Shown: positions 56,816-60,250 of the stretch, piece after piece
How the letters are laid out: every line of letters starts with the position of its first letter
Position numbering within the stretch: the first letter of the stretch is position 1
DNA from: a bacterium
Lineage (GTDB): Bacteria; Bacteroidota; Ignavibacteria; Kapaibacteriales; Kapaibacteriaceae
NCBI GenBank assembly: GCA_036840065.1
Contig: DAITZZ010000008.1
Location: 5,845 to 66,094, forward strand
Direction of reading: 5' to 3'
Length of the DNA: 60,250 nucleotides
Position numbers and translations under genes: made by a program
Notes under the pieces: model-generated
Database searches by the model: none
Seen by the model: only the letters and a program-made list of their open reading frames with translations
Told to the model about the DNA's origin: nothing

Positions 56816-57607
56816 TTACCGGCCCGAAAAGTTCGGACGTCGCTTTTCAAGAAATGCCTGCACGCCCTCACGGTAATCGGCCGAATCGCCGGCGCGCTGC
56901 TGATACTCGGCCTCGAGTTCAAGCATCTCGTCGAGTGAATGCGTCAGCCCCTTCTGCAGGAGCATCTTCACAAAACCATAGGACTGCGTAGGACCCTGCG
57001 CGTATTGCGAGGCCAGCGACTGTAGTGCCGAAACAAATGCCTTCGGATGCGCGACGCTGTTGACCAGACCCATCTCGAGCGCCTGCTCGGCAGTGATCGG
57101 AGCGTTGAGTGTAGCAAACTCAAAGGCCTTGGCATAGCCCATCATGCGGGGGTAAAACCACGTGGCGCCAGAGTCGGGGATCAGGGCAATGCCGATGAAT
57201 GCTTCGACGAGTTTCGCAGATGCGCTCATTACACGCGCGTCGGCGGCAAGTGCCAGCGACAGGCCCGCACCGGCAGCCACGCCATTGATGCCGGCGATGA
57301 TCGGCTTGGGCATCTCGCGCATCAGGCGGATGATGGGATTGTAACGACGGTTGAGCGAGTCGCGCAGGTCGCGCTTGTCGCCGGACTTCGGAGCATCCTT
57401 CAGATCCTGACCGCTGCAGAAGGCCTTGCCGGCACCCGTGAGCACCACGCAACGCACATCGTCGCTGTCGCGCGCAAAGGCCAGAGCATGCTGCAGGTCG
57501 GTGGTGAGCTGCTCGTTAGCGGCATTGTAGGAATCGGGACGGTTGAGCGTGATGGTGAACACGCCACCGTCGAGACTCGTCAGCAGTGTTTCGTAGCTGG
57601 TCATCAC
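56816..57607 (-). CDS. paaG: Crotonase-fold isomerase, PaaG-like
   Basis: GKAFCSGQDL, YNPIIR, NGVAAGAGLSLALA, IALIPDSGATW, DYREGVQAFLEKR. Confidence 0.75.
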   Translation of the reverse strand: MMTSYETLLTSLDGGVFTITLNRPDSYNAANEQLTTDLQHALAFARDSDDVRCVVLTGAGKAFCSGQDLKDAPKSGDKRDLRDSLNRRYNPIIRLMREMPKPIIAGINGVAAGAGLSLALAADARVMSASAKLVEAFIGIALIPDSGATWFYPRMMGYAKAFEFATLNAPITAEQALEMGLVNSVAHPKAFVSALQSLASQYAQGPTQSYGFVKMLLQKGLTHSLDEMLELEAEYQQRAGDSADYREGVQAFLEKRRPNFSGR

Positions 57608-58386
57608 TTACCCTTCCATTCAGGTTTGCGCTTCTCGACAAATGCCGCCATGCCTTCCTTCTGGTCTTCAGTGGCAAAGAGCATGTAGAAGTTCTTGCGT
57701 TCAAATTCCAGTCCACCTTCAAGCGTGGTGCTGTGTGCCTTCAGCACAGCCTCTTTGGCCAGTCGTGCGGCGATCGGTGCCTTGGAGGCCACGTCGCCGG
57801 CAAGGGCAAAGGCTTCTTGAAGGTAGAATGCCACCGGCACAACACGATTGACCAAACCCGCTGCCTGCGCTTGGACAGCCGATATCATTCGTCCGGTTAG
57901 AACGATCTCCATCGCAAGAGCCTTGCCCACGGCGCGCGTAAGACGCTGCGTTCCGCCGGCGCCCGGCATCACACCGATGTTGATCTCCGGCTGACCGAAC
58001 TGCGCCGTATCGCTGGCAACGATCATGTCGGCATGCATCGCCAGCTCGCAGCCCCCTCCAAGTGCAAAGCCGCTCACAGCAGCGATGATGGGCGTCTTGA
58101 CCTGACGAATACGCTCCCAGCGCGCGAACTGATCACGTGCCAGCATGGTTGTGAGCGTAGCATCGGACATCTCGGTGATGTCGGCTCCGGCCGCAAATGC
58201 TTTCTCGCTCCCGTGGATGACGATGCAACGGATAGCCTCGTCGGCATCGTAGGTTTCAAAGGCCTCGACGAGCTCGATCATTGTCTGCAGACTCAACGCA
58301 TTGAGCACGGCCGGACGGTTGAGCTGGATCGCGCCGACGCCCGGCTGAGGGACGTAGGTGCGAATGCACGTAAATTCAGTGTTCAT
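57604..58386 (-). CDS. paaF: Enoyl-CoA hydratase, PaaF-like
   Basis: LNRPAVLNAL, FAAGADI, GFALGGGCELAM, GQPEINIGVMPGAGGTQRL, TEDQKEGMAAF; start moved to ATG 58386. Confidence 0.75.
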   Translation of the reverse strand: MNTEFTCIRTYVPQPGVGAIQLNRPAVLNALSLQTMIELVEAFETYDADEAIRCIVIHGSEKAFAAGADITEMSDATLTTMLARDQFARWERIRQVKTPIIAAVSGFALGGGCELAMHADMIVASDTAQFGQPEINIGVMPGAGGTQRLTRAVGKALAMEIVLTGRMISAVQAQAAGLVNRVVPVAFYLQEAFALAGDVASKAPIAARLAKEAVLKAHSTTLEGGLEFERKNFYMLFATEDQKEGMAAFVEKRKPEWKGK

Positions 58387-58413
58387 ACGCTCTGTGTTAG
58401 TGAAGGTCGAGGC

Positions 58414-58421
58414 CAAAAATA
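58414..58421 (-). promoter_or_regulatory. -7 element TATTTTTG for the paaF-paaG-7TM/HD-xerD-namZ operon
   Basis: Minus strand reads tggTATTTTTGg, ending 27 nt before ATG 58386. Confidence 0.6.
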
Positions 58422-58425
58422 CCAC

Positions 58426-59118
58426 ATGGATAACCTCTATTGCGCGCAACTTGAGAAGGGGGCTTCGGCCGTCCCGCTCGACGATGACCTGAGGCGTCAC
58501 ATTGCTGCCTTGCGGCTTCGTGAGGGGGAGCACGTGCGCGTGCTGAATGGCCGCGGACTGGTTGCCACCTGTCGGTTGCTGCGCAGTGGGCAGGGGGCAA
58601 CGCTTACGGTTGAAAACACAACCGAGCATGCCGAAGCCGTGCCGTCGATCACGGTTGCGCTTGGCGTTCTGGATCACCGGGAGCGTTTTGAGATGGCTGT
58701 CGAGAAACTCACCGAGCTCGGCGTCAGCCGAATCGTGCCGCTCGTGTGTGACCGTGCTCAGCATCTGCGCTCATCGGCTGATCGACTCCAAGCCAAGGCC
58801 ATCGCCGCCATGACGCAGTCCGGCAATCCGTTTCTGCCGGTGATCGATGCTCCCACAGCGTTGGATGCGCTTGAGATTGCCGGTGCGCTTGTGGTCATCG
58901 GCGATGCCGACGGCGAGCAATGCCACGCCGATGCGGAACATGTTCGCATGGCTGGGCGCATTGTTGTTATCGTTGGACCCGAGGGCGGGCTCTCGGAACG
59001 CGAACTTGCCAGTCTCAAGGGGCTGGCCGACACGCGGCTCTGGCGCATTGGCCAGCTGCGTCTGCGCGCCGAGACAGCTGCGGTTTCCATCGCGTCCGTT
59101 CTGCGAAGCATGTTGTAG
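58426..59118 (+). CDS. rsmE: 16S rRNA m3U1498 methyltransferase RsmE
   Basis: HIAALRLREGE..VLNGRG, EKLTELGV, IVGPEGGLSERE, IGQLRLRAETAA. Confidence 0.93.
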   Translation: MDNLYCAQLEKGASAVPLDDDLRRHIAALRLREGEHVRVLNGRGLVATCRLLRSGQGATLTVENTTEHAEAVPSITVALGVLDHRERFEMAVEKLTELGVSRIVPLVCDRAQHLRSSADRLQAKAIAAMTQSGNPFLPVIDAPTALDALEIAGALVVIGDADGEQCHADAEHVRMAGRIVVIVGPEGGLSERELASLKGLADTRLWRIGQLRLRAETAAVSIASVLRSML

Positions 59119-59130
59119 GTCAGCCCCCTG

Positions 59131-59170
59131 AAAACAAAAACGGGAGACGCGCATCGTGCACATCTCCCGT
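59131..59170 (-). terminator. Intrinsic terminator between convergent genes; T-tract favours the minus-strand gene
   Basis: Minus strand ACGGGAGATGTGCA-cga-TGCGCGTCTCCCGT (stem with G-U pairs) followed by TTTTGTTTT. Confidence 0.8.
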
Positions 59171-59191
59171 TGTTTCAGCGTTCAGGATCTA

Positions 59192-60250
59192 TCAGCGCGT
59201 CACGACGATCGGCATTGCCGTTGATGAGCCGTTGATGGTGACGACCAGTGAGTAAGCGCCGGGCGCGAGCGTGTCGACAGGAAGCGTCAGCAGGCGGATC
59301 TGCGGCTGAAGCGTTTCATTGACCAGTGAGATGCGCTCGCCGGTGACGCTGATGATGTCGGCCGTCAGATGGCCGCCGCGCTCGAGAACGATCTCTGCCA
59401 TCCCGGAAGTAGACATCGGATTTGGAGAAACGCGGATGGTCGAAGCCAGGCCCTTGTCGTTCTCATTTACCGAGGTTGGCTCAGGAGGGAACATGCGCAG
59501 TGTGACAGGACGGTGATCCGACACGGTGGTCGAATACGACGTCAGGTACCGCTCAGGCGATTCAAGTGTAGCGCGGTGCAGTTGAAGACCACGCGCACGG
59601 AAAAGAACGTGATCGAGGAAGCCGCGGTTGAAGCCAACGTAGGACGAAAGGCCTTGACGCTCGAGATCGGCCGTTGCTGCCGTCCAGCTTGCATCGTTCA
59701 GAAAGACAGAGTAGCACGACGGCAATGTTGAGTCGACTGTGGTGCCGAGAAGTCGGTCGTTGAAGTCGCCCACCACGATCACATTCGAGTCCTTATAGAA
59801 GTTGTTCAGGTACTCATGAAATGTCTCCGCATCGGTCTTGCGACGATCGTAGTCATCGGCCGCCGTTGAGTCACTCGTAGCTTTGGCGTGAATGTTGAAG
59901 ACGACCACTTTGAAGTCGGCGAGGTTACTCCACGAAAACGTCATGCGGAACGGGAACCGCCCATTGCCCCACGCGCGGGCGCCACCGTTAACGGCCAAGC
60001 CCGTGGATACCGGTGTGACCGTTGCCGGATTGTAGATGTAGGCAAGCTTTTGATCGGATGTTACATCGCTTGCAAAAAAGCGCTTGTAGCCACCTTTGAT
60101 GGAATCTGATAGCGTGGCAAGGGCCTCGTCGCTCAGGACTTCCTGCAGAGCATAGATGTCGGCCTTGATCGTATCCATCACCGTGCGGATGCGCTGGCGC
60201 TGCAGGTCCTTGTTCTTTGGACCGCGAGTGGTGTCGGCAAAACCGAACCA
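59192..60250 (-). CDS. Endonuclease/exonuclease/phosphatase family secreted protein with T9SS CTD (5' end outside the window)
   Basis: Frame stays open to the window edge (WFGFADTTRGPK...); DIYALQEV, HAKA, VGDFND, LDHVLF, SDHRPV; C-terminal SPNP..PGAYSLV. Confidence 0.88.
   Translation of the reverse strand, partial: WFGFADTTRGPKNKDLQRQRIRTVMDTIKADIYALQEVLSDEALATLSDSIKGGYKRFFASDVTSDQKLAYIYNPATVTPVSTGLAVNGGARAWGNGRFPFRMTFSWSNLADFKVVVFNIHAKATSDSTAADDYDRRKTDAETFHEYLNNFYKDSNVIVVGDFNDRLLGTTVDSTLPSCYSVFLNDASWTAATADLERQGLSSYVGFNRGFLDHVLFRARGLQLHRATLESPERYLTSYSTTVSDHRPVTLRMFPPEPTSVNENDKGLASTIRVSPNPMSTSGMAEIVLERGGHLTADIISVTGERISLVNETLQPQIRLLTLPVDTLAPGAYSLVVTINGSSTAMPIVVTR

Noticed and set aside
59192-60250. 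Start of the EEP nuclease at 60181 as in the ORF track
   Set aside because: The frame stays open to the window edge, and the signal peptide and first catalytic motif are missing, so the gene is 5'-truncated by the window

Overview
A compact chromosomal housekeeping region, GC-rich by eye, with many 4-nt ATGA/GTGA gene overlaps. The lineage is most likely Bacteroidota/Chlorobi/Ignavibacteria, probably Ca. Kapabacteria. That assignment is an inference from five T9SS-type C-terminal sorting domains, IgGFc/ASH-type giant surface proteins, a GWxTD protein and recurrent TAnnTT(T/C)G promoter elements. The window holds about 45 CDS, including xseAB, ispF, ruvX, mutL, fbaB, argS, rsfS, dapF, suhB, recN, hflX, rsmA, waaA, xerD, rsmE, paaF/paaG-like and namZ-like genes, plus one tRNA-Ser(GGA), four hairpin terminators and two short tandem repeats attached to stop codons. 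I saw no CRISPR array, prophage or IS element. The most notable observations are: (1) a DUF4505/C8orf82-like domain fused to a PaaI-type acyl-CoA thioesterase; (2) three 1300-1600 aa T9SS cargo proteins sharing an exactly spaced pre-CTD motif C-x4-R-[LI]-V-x-[FIV]-[GS]-[SG]-x-R; (3) 13 TAnnTT(T/C)G elements at transcription-unit starts, several implying leaderless mRNAs; (4) a 54-aa two-TM ORF missing from the ORF track, between hflX and recN; (5) a MutL and a RelA/SpoT-type HD hydrolase, each with degenerate metal-binding motifs. Several start codons were moved from the longest-ORF track to more plausible downstream starts. All family assignments come from motif recognition, with no database search.
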